Assembly (NCBI GenBank): GCA_965200315.1
Contig: OZ241362.1
Location: 4,672,001-4,736,000, forward strand
DNA: 64,000 nucleotides
From: Candidatus Latescibacterota bacterium
GTDB taxonomy: Bacteria; Latescibacterota; UBA2968; UBA8231
Direction of reading: 5' to 3'
The notes under the pieces are model-generated. The model was given only the letters and a program-made list of their open reading frames with translations, did not search any database and was not told the DNA's origin. The position numbers and the translations under genes are program-made. Of the stretch, positions 29,452 to 39,290 are shown in pieces. The stretch's first letter is position 1. Each line of letters opens with the position of its first letter.

Positions 29452-31233
29452 TCAGTACACTACGGCAATACTCCGCATCTGTGTGGCGATGCCAGCGTCG
29501 GTAGCGGCCTTGAGGCGGAGCAAGTACATGCCCGGCGGCACCACGCCGCCGGCATCGCGGCCATCCCAACGAACTTGGTTGGGGCCGGAGCGGTCGCGGG
29601 CTTGGTAGAGGCGATGCACTGGCCGGCCGCTCAAGTCGTACACGACGACCTCGACTTCGACCTCGTGGGTCGCCTTGAGCAGAATGTAGTCGAGGGTGAT
29701 ACGGTCGTTGATGCCGTCGCCATTGGGCGTGATTACCGCGGATGAGAACACAACGCCGGTAAAAAGCTCGTCGTCGATGCGGGCACTGACGACGAGCGTG
29801 TTGTCGGTGGCTTCTTCGGCCGCATCGCCGAAAGCGACTCGCTGCGGAAACGCGTCGGATTGGCTGTCGGCGACCTCGCCGCGAAATTCCGTGCCGGAGA
29901 CGGTGACCAAACTGGCAAAGCGCACGGCGACTTCTTGGCCGCTACGGGTGATGCGTTGGTCGGGAAAGCTCACCTGCAAGCGGCCCAAATCGGACGCCGT
30001 GGTAAAGTTGTCAACCTCCACACCATCGACGCGCACGCCCGTGGCGCGGGCCGCAAACGGAGTGTGGATGATCACGGTGTCAAAGCCTCGGTTGCCGCTC
30101 GAGACGACCGAGCGCAGGTGATAGGTAAATTCGTTCTCGCGCCCGAGGGTGGCCGTGGCCGGACTGATTTCGGCGATGACCGAGTCGGCGAGGGACGGCA
30201 CCGTGTAGTTGAAGACCACTGAGTCGATGATGGCTTTGTGCTGCAAGCTACTCGACAGCAGCTTGAATTGGAACTGGAGGTAGCGCCGGTTGTCCGGCGA
30301 ATTGATCGTCGATTCGAGTAGCTCGGCGTAGGGCGGGGACCACGCACTCCAATCGCGGTCGTTTTCGAGGACGACGCCGGCGTATGATGGATCGAGTGTG
30401 CGGTCGAAATCCGCTAGTGCCACTTCCTCCACTTCCCCGGGAATGCCCGTCTGGCGGAAGTAGAGCGAGTCCGTAGCGACAAAACCGGTCTTGGTGCTGA
30501 ACTGGGCTTGAGCGATACTGTCGATGCGGCTGTACACATCGACCGGACCGAAGTTGGCCGCTTCACCTAGGTCAATCACCTTGGATATGTACTGGGCAAA
30601 GGGCGTGACGCCAACGCCAAAAACTTCAAGGTCGCCCATCTGAAAGCCTCGTTCGCCCGTACTGCGCAGCCTAAAAGAGCGCACCTTAGTCGGCGGAAAG
30701 CTCAGATCCAGCTCGGGCTGGCCGTGCGAGCGGTCTTGTGCTATGAGCGCGTACACGGGATTGCCGCCAACGAAGTTGAGCGGGTCGCCATCGTTGGCGT
30801 AGAACTCGTAGCCACGCAGCGAGCGCTCGTCGTCGTTGAGGACGCCGCGGCGAAAATAGAGGCGATGGAGGACAAAGATGGCACCCATATCGACTTCGAG
30901 TTCGGCACCATTGGGGTTGGTGTACACGCGCCAACCCGTGGTGTGGGAGCCGTCAATGAGTTCGTTGAGTATCTGGTTGGAGCGCGCCGCAGCCGTGCTC
31001 ACCGAGGTGGTTGCGCTGCCATCGAGTTCCTTGATGCGCGGCAGGATATTTTCCTCGGGGTCGGCCTCCAGCGGCGATAGGCCCCTATCTTCGGTGACTT
31101 CAAGTGCCTTGAATATGAGCGAGTTGCCTTCCCACTCCAGTCCATCGCCGCCTATTTTGAGCCGTTCCGCGGCCGCGGCCGGAGTGCTGTATCCCATCGC
31201 TAGGAGAGCTAATGCGAGTGCGGCACGGGTCAT
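29452..31233 (-). CDS. Secreted protein with discoidin-like domain and C-terminal FlgD-Ig/T9SS-CTD-like domain (short paralog)
   Basis: Start MTRAALALALLAMG; WSAWSPPY, SPDNRRYLQ and ITPNGDGIND...YDLSGR...WDGRD...PGMY; ends AVVY. Confidence 0.8.
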   Translation of the reverse strand: MTRAALALALLAMGYSTPAAAAERLKIGGDGLEWEGNSLIFKALEVTEDRGLSPLEADPEENILPRIKELDGSATTSVSTAAARSNQILNELIDGSHTTGWRVYTNPNGAELEVDMGAIFVLHRLYFRRGVLNDDERSLRGYEFYANDGDPLNFVGGNPVYALIAQDRSHGQPELDLSFPPTKVRSFRLRSTGERGFQMGDLEVFGVGVTPFAQYISKVIDLGEAANFGPVDVYSRIDSIAQAQFSTKTGFVATDSLYFRQTGIPGEVEEVALADFDRTLDPSYAGVVLENDRDWSAWSPPYAELLESTINSPDNRRYLQFQFKLLSSSLQHKAIIDSVVFNYTVPSLADSVIAEISPATATLGRENEFTYHLRSVVSSGNRGFDTVIIHTPFAARATGVRVDGVEVDNFTTASDLGRLQVSFPDQRITRSGQEVAVRFASLVTVSGTEFRGEVADSQSDAFPQRVAFGDAAEEATDNTLVVSARIDDELFTGVVFSSAVITPNGDGINDRITLDYILLKATHEVEVEVVVYDLSGRPVHRLYQARDRSGPNQVRWDGRDAGGVVPPGMYLLRLKAATDAGIATQMRSIAVVY

Positions 31234-31274
31234 CGCTGTTCCTTTTTGCTGTAAGGTGGCAAAAGTAGGCTCCT

Positions 31275-33647
31275 TCAGTAGGCTACCGGCACGATTCGCT
31301 GCACCGTCTCGGTCTGGGAGTCGCCGGCAATCTCGATTTGCACTAGATAGGTCCCTGGACTCACGAGCGCACCGGTGCCGTCGCGGCCATCCCAAGTGAA
31401 GCGGTAGCGCCGAGCCAGCCCATCGCCGCTGTCGAGGGCGCGCACGTTGCGGCCGGCCAAATCGTAGATGTAGACCCGGATTGGCCGCGGCGTCACCAGC
31501 TTGAGTGCGTCGAATTCAATGGTCAACTCGTCGCCGACCCCATCGCCATTGGGCGTCAGCACGAGCGTCGAGAGGGCGACGTTAGCTAGCAGCAGGTCGT
31601 TGACCGGCAGTTGCACCGAGACGGATTCGCTCGGCACATTGGCTTTGACGTCGCCTTGGTCAACGAGTTGGCGCACGTCGGTGCCGAGGTTGCTGTTGCC
31701 GAGGAAGAGGTCAAAGCGCGTCTGATTTTGGTAAATGGTACTGCTGAACGAGAGTTCGATTATCTCCGAGCGGCGGACTGTGGCTGGTAGATCGACGACA
31801 AAGCCCTCGGCGACCGGAGTAATTGCGAACTCCTCCACCGGCTCATCCCCCAACTTCAGGCTGGTGAAATTGACGGGCACGGACGCGGCCATGGTCAGGC
31901 GGTCAAAGCCCTGCGAGCGCCCGCCAAAGATCGGCAGGACAAAGTATGTAAAGTCCTTTTTGACGCCCGGTTCGACTTGGCTGGGGAAGACCTCGGCGCG
32001 GGTTTCGAGGGCAATGGGGTTTTCCACGTTCAAGTGCAGGGCATTGATCGACGGTGCGGCCTTGGGGTCGTCCGAAATAAGGCGCAGGTCGAGCTGGACA
32101 TAGCGGCGCGGCGAGGGCGAGCTAAAGAGTGCGCCCGAAGTCACATAAGGATCGCTCCAGACGCTCCAGTCCGAGCCGACGGAAATCGTGGTTTTGGTCG
32201 GCCCGCGCAGGCTCTTGGGCGTCTTGTTGTATTTCCGCTCGGTGATCTCTTTGCCCTTCTTGTCGAAATAGTGAATATTCTCGACGACTTCATTGCCGGT
32301 GCGGCTGCGCAGTTCAATGCGCGTGCTGGGCGGAATATCGGCGTCCCATTCAACCGAGGTCAGGGCCTTGGCTTCGCCGAGGTCGAGGATCGGCGAGCTT
32401 AGTTGCAACTCGGCTGGAAAACCCTCGCCGTAGATCTGGAACTCGCTAATCAGGGCGAAGAGGCGGTAGGAGCCATGGGTCCCGGTGCGCTGGCCGCCGT
32501 GGCGTGAGGAGGGGAAATACTGCTTGATGTAGCGAATTTTCTGCAAATCGAATTGATGGTCGAAGTTGCGGATAGTCGTCTCGTTTAGCGGGCTGTCGTC
32601 GACAAAGGCGATCTCGTGGAAATTCAGGGTGCCGTCCGGGGCGATCGAGCCGTCGGAAGCGAGGAGCTGGTACCAGAAGAAGTTGGCGTAGCGGCTGCGA
32701 ATCCGCGATGGAGCACCGGCCGGTTCGCCGATGATGCGGATCTGGTCAATCCAGTAATGGGCTCCTAGATCGAAAATGATGCGATTGAAGATGTCGAAGC
32801 CGGTCTGGGTCTGGTGGTAAGTCTGCATGCCCCAGTTGGTGACAATATCGCCGTCGACCATGTTCTCGCCGCCGGAGAGCACGGCCTGCAAATCGGTGAT
32901 GAGTTCGATGTTGCCGCCGCGCTCAATGATCCCGAGAGAGATGTTGTCGCCGATAGTGGAGACCGAAATCTCGGCTAGGCCAGCGCCCTCGACGAACTTG
33001 GACAGCTCGATGCGAATGATGCGGATTAGGCCCGAGGATTCCTTGAACTCGCGGACGGTGCCATCGACAAAGCCGCCGCCAATGTCGTCCGAGCCGGATG
33101 CGCTCAAGCCCAAGGTGCGCTGGCGGGGGTCGAGGACGAGCTCGTGGCTCTCATTGAAGCCAACACCCTTGGACAGGCCGTAGCCCAAGGTGCCTTCCAC
33201 GGGCACCAAGGCGTTGGTAAAGAACTTCTCGCCGCTCGACAGCAGGATGGTGAAAAACTCAAAGGGCGGCGCGGATTTGTCGAAAGTAATGACGATTTCG
33301 GAGGCCGTCACCAAGCGGCCCAAGTCGAGCTCGATATAGGCATTTTCAATGCCGTCGGCCGGGTCGGCCGACCAACTTGTCGCCGGGTCGCCATCCATGA
33401 TGTGGCCCGCGTCGCGGGCGTTGCTGCCAACGCTGCGGATGCCGCCGCCAAAGTGCTCGGCATTGCGCACGGCGTCGATGTTTTTGCGCACGGGCACGGG
33501 CTCGATGCGGCCGGTCGCTTGTAGTTCTACAGAGCCAATCGGGTGCGCCCAATCCTGCCAAGCCGAGCGGGAGTCAAACGAAACGCGCTCGCCAAAGGCG
33601 AAACTGCTTAACGCTGTAATGATGCCTAGTGAGCGAGTGATGGTCAT
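31275..33647 (-). CDS. Secreted protein with discoidin-like domains and C-terminal FlgD-Ig domain (long paralog)
   Basis: Signal peptide; MDGDPATSW, IELDLGR, WSVWSDPY, SPSPRRYVQ, LTPNGDGVGD and WDGRD; ends PVAY. Confidence 0.8.
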   Translation of the reverse strand: MTITRSLGIITALSSFAFGERVSFDSRSAWQDWAHPIGSVELQATGRIEPVPVRKNIDAVRNAEHFGGGIRSVGSNARDAGHIMDGDPATSWSADPADGIENAYIELDLGRLVTASEIVITFDKSAPPFEFFTILLSSGEKFFTNALVPVEGTLGYGLSKGVGFNESHELVLDPRQRTLGLSASGSDDIGGGFVDGTVREFKESSGLIRIIRIELSKFVEGAGLAEISVSTIGDNISLGIIERGGNIELITDLQAVLSGGENMVDGDIVTNWGMQTYHQTQTGFDIFNRIIFDLGAHYWIDQIRIIGEPAGAPSRIRSRYANFFWYQLLASDGSIAPDGTLNFHEIAFVDDSPLNETTIRNFDHQFDLQKIRYIKQYFPSSRHGGQRTGTHGSYRLFALISEFQIYGEGFPAELQLSSPILDLGEAKALTSVEWDADIPPSTRIELRSRTGNEVVENIHYFDKKGKEITERKYNKTPKSLRGPTKTTISVGSDWSVWSDPYVTSGALFSSPSPRRYVQLDLRLISDDPKAAPSINALHLNVENPIALETRAEVFPSQVEPGVKKDFTYFVLPIFGGRSQGFDRLTMAASVPVNFTSLKLGDEPVEEFAITPVAEGFVVDLPATVRRSEIIELSFSSTIYQNQTRFDLFLGNSNLGTDVRQLVDQGDVKANVPSESVSVQLPVNDLLLANVALSTLVLTPNGDGVGDELTIEFDALKLVTPRPIRVYIYDLAGRNVRALDSGDGLARRYRFTWDGRDGTGALVSPGTYLVQIEIAGDSQTETVQRIVPVAY

Positions 33648-33700
33648 AGCTGTCGTCCTAAAATCGACATGCCATAGCGGGCTAGCTGCGGGCCGCGTTC

Positions 33701-35500
33701 TCAGTACGCTAGCCCGACCAGCAGCGACCGGTCTTCAGAGCCGGTATCCGTGTCAATGGAAAGCCGCAGGATGTAGAGCCCGGGGGGCGCGATAGAACCG
33801 CTCTCGTCTGAGCCGTCCCAAGTCGCTTGCTGCGGCCCATTGAATGCGCCGCTTTTTTGCAAGTGCCGCACTGGGCGGCCCGCGAGATCGTACACAATTA
33901 GGTCGGCGGGCACCTGCGAGAGGGCGCGTAGCAAGATATAGGACACCTGTAGCTGGTCGTTGACCCCATCGCCGTTGGGGCTGAATATCGGAGGATCGGC
34001 CTGCAATTCGAGGACGAGCTCTTGGCGCAACGCGCCTTGGATGGACAGGCGATCGGCTTGGGCTTCGGGGGTGGCGTCTCCGGCTACCACGTCTTGACCG
34101 AGTTCGCCAGTCTGACTATCGAAAACCTTGGCAAAAAAAGTGGTGCCATAGACGGTCACCATGGCCTCGAAGCGGATGTGCAAAAGCTGGCCCGATTCGG
34201 TAACTCGGTCGTCGGTCAGTTGAATGGCCAGTCTGCTCTCGTCCTGCGCGTCCTCCTCTGTAAAGGATACGGGAATCCCGTCTATCTCGACGCTGTTTAC
34301 CTCCGCCTTAAAAGGCGTTCTGATCTCTACGCGGTCGAATCCGTCGTTGGCCGGGCCGAAAGTCGAGCGGATGTAGTAGGAGAAGGTATTGCTCTCGCCG
34401 AGGGTGACCGTCGCTGGAGAGACTTCGGCCGTCAGCTCTTCGGCCAGCGTCGGGATCGAGTAGTCAAAGGAGAGCGAATCGACAAAAGCCGACTGACGTG
34501 CGTCCTCGGACGAAAACAACAGGCGGAACTGGACATAGCGAAGGTTGCCTGGGGATAGTAGATCGCCAAAGAAATCCTCATAAGGGGCCGACCAAGGACT
34601 CCACTCGTCGATGTTGTCGATGATCGCGCCTTTGTCGGACGAGGTCAGATCGTCGTACTCGTCGGCCGCCTCGGGCGAGCCGATCGGCAAAATGGGTTCT
34701 TCCTGTCGATCCTCGCCCTCAAAGACCTCGGTTTTGCGATAGTAAATTTTGGGGTCGGGCACCGAGCCCGTGCGCGTCTGCAATACCACGTTGGTCAAAG
34801 GGTCGAAGCGGGCCTGCAAGCGAAGTTGGCCGAAGTTGGCCGCCTCGCCGAGATCGATGACTTCGGAGAGATAACTGCCGGTGGGCGCGAAGCCATCGCC
34901 AAAGACCTCGACTTCCTCGATGATGAACTCCTGACCCGAGCGGCTAATCAGGCGAATGAAGCGCACGAACTGGAGGGGAATGCGCGCGTCAATATCCGAT
35001 TCGCTCTGTTCGAGATTGGCACTGACTTGGTTGATGAAGGCGATCGGACGGTCTTCGCGGAGTTGCGCGGGATTGCCGTCGTGAACAAAAAGCTCATAGG
35101 CGCGAAGGAAGATATCGGGGTTGCCCTGAAAGCGAATGCGGTTGATCGGCAGGATCGCACCTAAGTCGATGACCATGGAGGTGCCATCGGGGCGTCGCTC
35201 GCGGGTGACGCGCCAGAAGGTCTCGGCATTGCCGTCGGTGAGCAGGCCGGTCAGGTTTTCGCGCGACTGCGGTGAGGAGATGTCGCCACCCCGCCGCGTC
35301 AGGGTGAGGTTTTCGACGGCATTGGTGGTCGAATCCACCACGGCCGGGAGCAGGATGGATGCGTCGGTGGTGAGTCCGGTCAACTCGCCAACATCGTCCC
35401 ATGTAAAGCCGGAGCCGCCCGCGGTCCACACTTCTACGGCACTAGCCGCTCTAGTGCCCAACAGAATGCAGATCAACAGCCTAAATCGCCATTTGAACAT
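33701..35500 (-). CDS. Secreted protein with discoidin-like domain and C-terminal FlgD-Ig domain (short paralog)
   Basis: Signal peptide; LTDGNAETFW, VIDLGA, WSPWSAPY, FSPNGDGVND and WDGSD; ends GLAY. Confidence 0.8.
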   Translation of the reverse strand: MFKWRFRLLICILLGTRAASAVEVWTAGGSGFTWDDVGELTGLTTDASILLPAVVDSTTNAVENLTLTRRGGDISSPQSRENLTGLLTDGNAETFWRVTRERRPDGTSMVIDLGAILPINRIRFQGNPDIFLRAYELFVHDGNPAQLREDRPIAFINQVSANLEQSESDIDARIPLQFVRFIRLISRSGQEFIIEEVEVFGDGFAPTGSYLSEVIDLGEAANFGQLRLQARFDPLTNVVLQTRTGSVPDPKIYYRKTEVFEGEDRQEEPILPIGSPEAADEYDDLTSSDKGAIIDNIDEWSPWSAPYEDFFGDLLSPGNLRYVQFRLLFSSEDARQSAFVDSLSFDYSIPTLAEELTAEVSPATVTLGESNTFSYYIRSTFGPANDGFDRVEIRTPFKAEVNSVEIDGIPVSFTEEDAQDESRLAIQLTDDRVTESGQLLHIRFEAMVTVYGTTFFAKVFDSQTGELGQDVVAGDATPEAQADRLSIQGALRQELVLELQADPPIFSPNGDGVNDQLQVSYILLRALSQVPADLIVYDLAGRPVRHLQKSGAFNGPQQATWDGSDESGSIAPPGLYILRLSIDTDTGSEDRSLLVGLAY

Positions 35501-35542
35501 AGCGCGGTTGCCTCTTGTCCCGATAAACAGGATAAACAGAAT

Positions 35543-35572
35543 AAGGGGAGGGGAATCAATTCCCCTCCCCTT
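35543..35572 (-). terminator. Hairpin terminator/stabiliser after the CBM9-like gene
   Basis: AAGGGGAGGGGAA-tcaa-TTCCCCTCCCCTT (13-bp stem); adjacent GATAAACAG x2. Confidence 0.7.
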
Positions 35573-35610
35573 GTGAACTTTACTGTAAGACGAAGACTGC
35601 TAAAGTCGGT

Positions 35611-36522
35611 TTATAGCTCTTCGCCTACCAGCGACTTGATCTGACCCCAAGAGCTTGCCTCGACCGCCGTGTCCACCGCTTCGATCGGCGTCAGGAAGAT
35701 GTCGGGCATGCCGCCGCTGTTCATAAACTGCTCAGCCATGCTGTACTGAGCCTGCCAGAAGAAACCATTCTCGCAGCAATCTTCAGAAAGCGGATCGTTG
35801 CCGTTGGCGTTGAGCCCTTCGTCGGCATCGTCAACCGAGATCGACATGCCGATGGTCTGCTCGGCCGCGAGCGTCCAAACCGTGCTGGCATCCGGGCCGC
35901 CGCTGATCGAGATTGGGTCCATTAACTCGGCGCTGAACTCGTAGTAGTACTCTTGGCCTTGGTTGACGTGACCAGCGTCGACAAAGTCGGTGTGAGTCCA
36001 CCAGAAGTCCAGGGCGTTCTGCTCGAAATTGCCCAATGCACCATTGTACATTTGGACGCGTGAGTACTGCTCGGAGAAGCTCAGGCACATCTGGTAGGCC
36101 GGCTGTAAGTCTTGGTCGTTGGGGGCCGAGTACGGGCCGCCACCTTGGTTGTCGGGATCGAAATGCACTTCGCAGTTGTCATCGCGGAAAGTGCAGGCAG
36201 GGTTCTTATCGACGATCAGGAAGTCATCGTGGACGTGGATCATGGCGTGAACGCGGTTGTTGGCATCGCTCCAACCAATGATCAGGTCGATGAACAGATC
36301 GTCGGCATCGTCGGCACCGCCGGTCAGCGGATTCATGTCTTCAATGGTGACCTCAAAGCTGGGATCAACCCAAGCCCAATCGGAATTATCGCCATCGATG
36401 GTGGGCAGGGCGTTACTGGGGATGCCCACGGCAAAAAAGAGTGGTACTTCAGCCGGCTCCTGCGCGACGGCAGCACCAGCGACGAGCAACGCGCCTAGGG
36501 TCAAAGCTAGGACTTTGCGCAT
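35611..36522 (-). CDS. Secreted CBM9/DOMON-like protein with a C-terminal SWGxIK motif
   Basis: GAGGAGG SD and signal peptide; PTIDGDNSDW, HVHDD, DNCEVHFD, YYYEFS and IGMSISVDDAD; tail TAVEASSWGQIKSL. Confidence 0.7.
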   Translation of the reverse strand: MRKVLALTLGALLVAGAAVAQEPAEVPLFFAVGIPSNALPTIDGDNSDWAWVDPSFEVTIEDMNPLTGGADDADDLFIDLIIGWSDANNRVHAMIHVHDDFLIVDKNPACTFRDDNCEVHFDPDNQGGGPYSAPNDQDLQPAYQMCLSFSEQYSRVQMYNGALGNFEQNALDFWWTHTDFVDAGHVNQGQEYYYEFSAELMDPISISGGPDASTVWTLAAEQTIGMSISVDDADEGLNANGNDPLSEDCCENGFFWQAQYSMAEQFMNSGGMPDIFLTPIEAVDTAVEASSWGQIKSLVGEEL

Positions 36523-36754
36523 TATTGAATCCTCCTCGATAGTTATTATAATTGGTTAGGAAAAGAAAAAACGATCCGCCGCAGGGCTTTAGCGGGCGGA
36601 ATTACGAAGCTGCTAAAAGTGCATCAGTGCATCGGTTGGGACTTCGTACCTCCTTTCCTCGGCGATTTTTCGGGATATTTTTTCCATATATAGGCGGGTA
36701 AAAAAATAAATATGAGCTTATCTGTCAACATTTTTTTCCCCGCGAATCTCCTAC

Positions 36755-39097
36755 CTAATAGGCTACGGAAATAAGAGCTTGCGCTTTCTCGTCGCCAGCG
36801 TCGCCCTCGACGAGAACTTCGAGCACGTACAAGCCTGGGGCCACGCGATCTCCGTGGCTGTCGCGGCCATCCCAAATGAGCTTGCGATGGCCGGCGAGGC
36901 TGTCTTCGCCGCGGTCGTACACTAGGCGGCCGGCAAGGTCGTACAGGCGCAGACGCAAGGGACGCGGCGCTAGCACATTGACCAGCGCGATCTCCAGCTT
37001 CAGTTCGTCGTTGACCCCATCGCCGTTGGGGGTAATCGCCTTGGACGAGAAGGACATATTGGCGAGCAACTCTTGAGAAATCGGCAAGCTGACGATGTTG
37101 GTATTGCTCTCGACCAAGTCGGTGGCGTCGCCCGGATCCACGCGTTGCCGCACACTCTTGTCTTGGTCGCTGTCCTGCAAAAAGACGTCAAAGCTCGTCG
37201 ATTGCCTAAATACGGAAGATTGGAATTTTAGCTCAATGAGTTGGTCGGTGCGGATGCGGTTGGGTAGCTGGACGAGGAAACCGCTTGTGGTGGTGTCGAT
37301 CTGCGCGTCGAGTGCGGAGCCGTTGTGCGCGACGCTCGTAAATTGCACCGGTGTGTCCGACTCGACGGCGAGGCGGTCGAATCCGCTGGTGTTTTGGGGC
37401 CGCAAGTAATAAGTAAAATCCGTCAGCATCCCCGGCAGGGCCTGCTGAGGAGAAATTTCGCCGAGTACGCGGCCGGCAAGGGGTTGGGTGAAATTGACGG
37501 CCAAGTGGTCGAGAGATGCTCCCACAGTCGGCGAATTCGAGGTCATGCGCACGTCGATTTCGAGGTAGCGCCGCGGCGAAGGCGAGAGAAAAGCCTCGCC
37601 CGAGAAGCTGTAAATGCGGCTCCACGCACTCCAATCGCCGCCCGCGGTGAGGGTGGTGTCGATCGGGCCTTTGAAGCTGGGAATGAGCTTGTTGTACTTC
37701 CGCTCGGAGACTGCCTTGCCGTTTTTGTCATGGTAAGTATAGGTTTCCAAAATCTCGTTGCCGGTGCGGGTGCGAATCTCGATGCGCGTACCGAGTGGCT
37801 CGTCGCCGCTCCACTCTATGGAGTTGAGGTTCTTGCCTGAGCCCAAATCGATCAAGGGCGAGCGAAAGCCGACCTCCGACGGAAAACCCGCGCCGAAAAT
37901 CTGAATCTCGTCGGTGGTCCCACCCGCTCCGCAGCCGGGGATTCTGCTGGTCCCGCCCACCTCGCCGAGCCGTTGCAAGGAATAGCAACTGGTGTCCCAG
38001 TACTTCCAGAAGATGCGGACAAAGCGCGTCGGCAGCAGGTCGAAGTGGTGATCGACTAGGCCCTTGGAGGTCTGACTCCCTGGTGAGGCACCGGAAAAGT
38101 GCTTGGTCCACAGGCGAGTGCCGTCGGGCGACAGCGAGCCGTCCGAGGTCATAAACTCGTAGAAGCGGAAGTCCCAGCGTCGGCGCGAAACATAGTGGCG
38201 GGTGGTGATGCCACCGCCAAACCCGGAGCGCACCACTACGCCACCGATAATCCGCGTTTGATCGACCCAATAGACCGCTCCCAAGTCGAGGACGATATGG
38301 GCGAGGATGTCGGTGAGGGCCCTAGAGGCCGTGCCAGCACGCCAGCGCTCGTACAAGTTGCCGTCAAAGAGCGCTTTCGCCTTTCCCAAGGGCTGCGAGT
38401 CGTTACTGGAGAGATTGATGTTGATATCAACGCTCCCGCCGCGCTCCAACAGCCCGAGGGCGATGTTGTCGCCGATGGTCTCGACCTTGATCTCGGCGAG
38501 AAGGGCATCAGGTACTAGGAGCAGCGGCTCGAAGCGGATGAATTGGATCGGCTCTTCGTCGATTTGCTCTATTTGGTACGTCACCCGATGGCGGCTGTTT
38601 TCCTTGAAGCGCTCCTTGGTGCGATAGACTAGAGAGCCTTCAATGGGTGCGGCGATAAAGTCGGTTTCTGGTTCGCCGGTCGAAAGCAGGAGGTCGAAAA
38701 GTTCAAAGGGCGGAGCCTCCGCGGCGAATACCAAAGTGACGCTTTTGGCCGAGACTGCGCGGCCCAAGTCGATCTCGATAACCCACTCGTCCGGGGCGGC
38801 CTGCGGGTCAGGAGCCCAGCCGGTCGCGGGATTGCCGTCAATGGCCAAATGAGCGGTATTGAGGTTGGAACCCGCGTTGCGAATGCCGCCGCCGAATTCG
38901 CTCAAATTGCGCACGGCGTCGATCCCCTTCTCAAACCGGGTTGGCTGGATCATGCCCACCGGCGTCAATTCTACCGCACCTAGGGGCAGATTCCAGCCAC
39001 GCCAATCGCGTACCGAGTCGTAGCGTATCTGGTCGGCTGATAGGGGATAGCTACTGCCCAAGACCAAGACGACAGCGAGGGCCGTGCGAAAATTCAT
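36755..39097 (-). CDS. Secreted protein with discoidin-like domains and C-terminal FlgD-Ig domain (long paralog)
   Basis: Start MNFRTALAVV; clearly paralogous to 31275-33647 (IDAVRN..FGGGIR..GSN, SPSPRRY, TPNGDGVND); ends SVAY. Confidence 0.8.
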   Translation of the reverse strand: MNFRTALAVVLVLGSSYPLSADQIRYDSVRDWRGWNLPLGAVELTPVGMIQPTRFEKGIDAVRNLSEFGGGIRNAGSNLNTAHLAIDGNPATGWAPDPQAAPDEWVIEIDLGRAVSAKSVTLVFAAEAPPFELFDLLLSTGEPETDFIAAPIEGSLVYRTKERFKENSRHRVTYQIEQIDEEPIQFIRFEPLLLVPDALLAEIKVETIGDNIALGLLERGGSVDININLSSNDSQPLGKAKALFDGNLYERWRAGTASRALTDILAHIVLDLGAVYWVDQTRIIGGVVVRSGFGGGITTRHYVSRRRWDFRFYEFMTSDGSLSPDGTRLWTKHFSGASPGSQTSKGLVDHHFDLLPTRFVRIFWKYWDTSCYSLQRLGEVGGTSRIPGCGAGGTTDEIQIFGAGFPSEVGFRSPLIDLGSGKNLNSIEWSGDEPLGTRIEIRTRTGNEILETYTYHDKNGKAVSERKYNKLIPSFKGPIDTTLTAGGDWSAWSRIYSFSGEAFLSPSPRRYLEIDVRMTSNSPTVGASLDHLAVNFTQPLAGRVLGEISPQQALPGMLTDFTYYLRPQNTSGFDRLAVESDTPVQFTSVAHNGSALDAQIDTTTSGFLVQLPNRIRTDQLIELKFQSSVFRQSTSFDVFLQDSDQDKSVRQRVDPGDATDLVESNTNIVSLPISQELLANMSFSSKAITPNGDGVNDELKLEIALVNVLAPRPLRLRLYDLAGRLVYDRGEDSLAGHRKLIWDGRDSHGDRVAPGLYVLEVLVEGDAGDEKAQALISVAY

Positions 39098-39290
39098 AAG
39101 TAAGTGCCTTCTTTCGCGCACATATCGCAGAGGATGAACGTCGCGATAGCTTATTATTTTTAATAACGTTTAATACTAAAAATACCCGCGCCACGGAACA
39201 AGGCCAATGGGTTGCCTGCGGGCTGGAGCGGAATTTCTGCTCTATTTATATCTTACTTTCTGAAAGCCCACACCGAGTCCTTTCTGGAGA

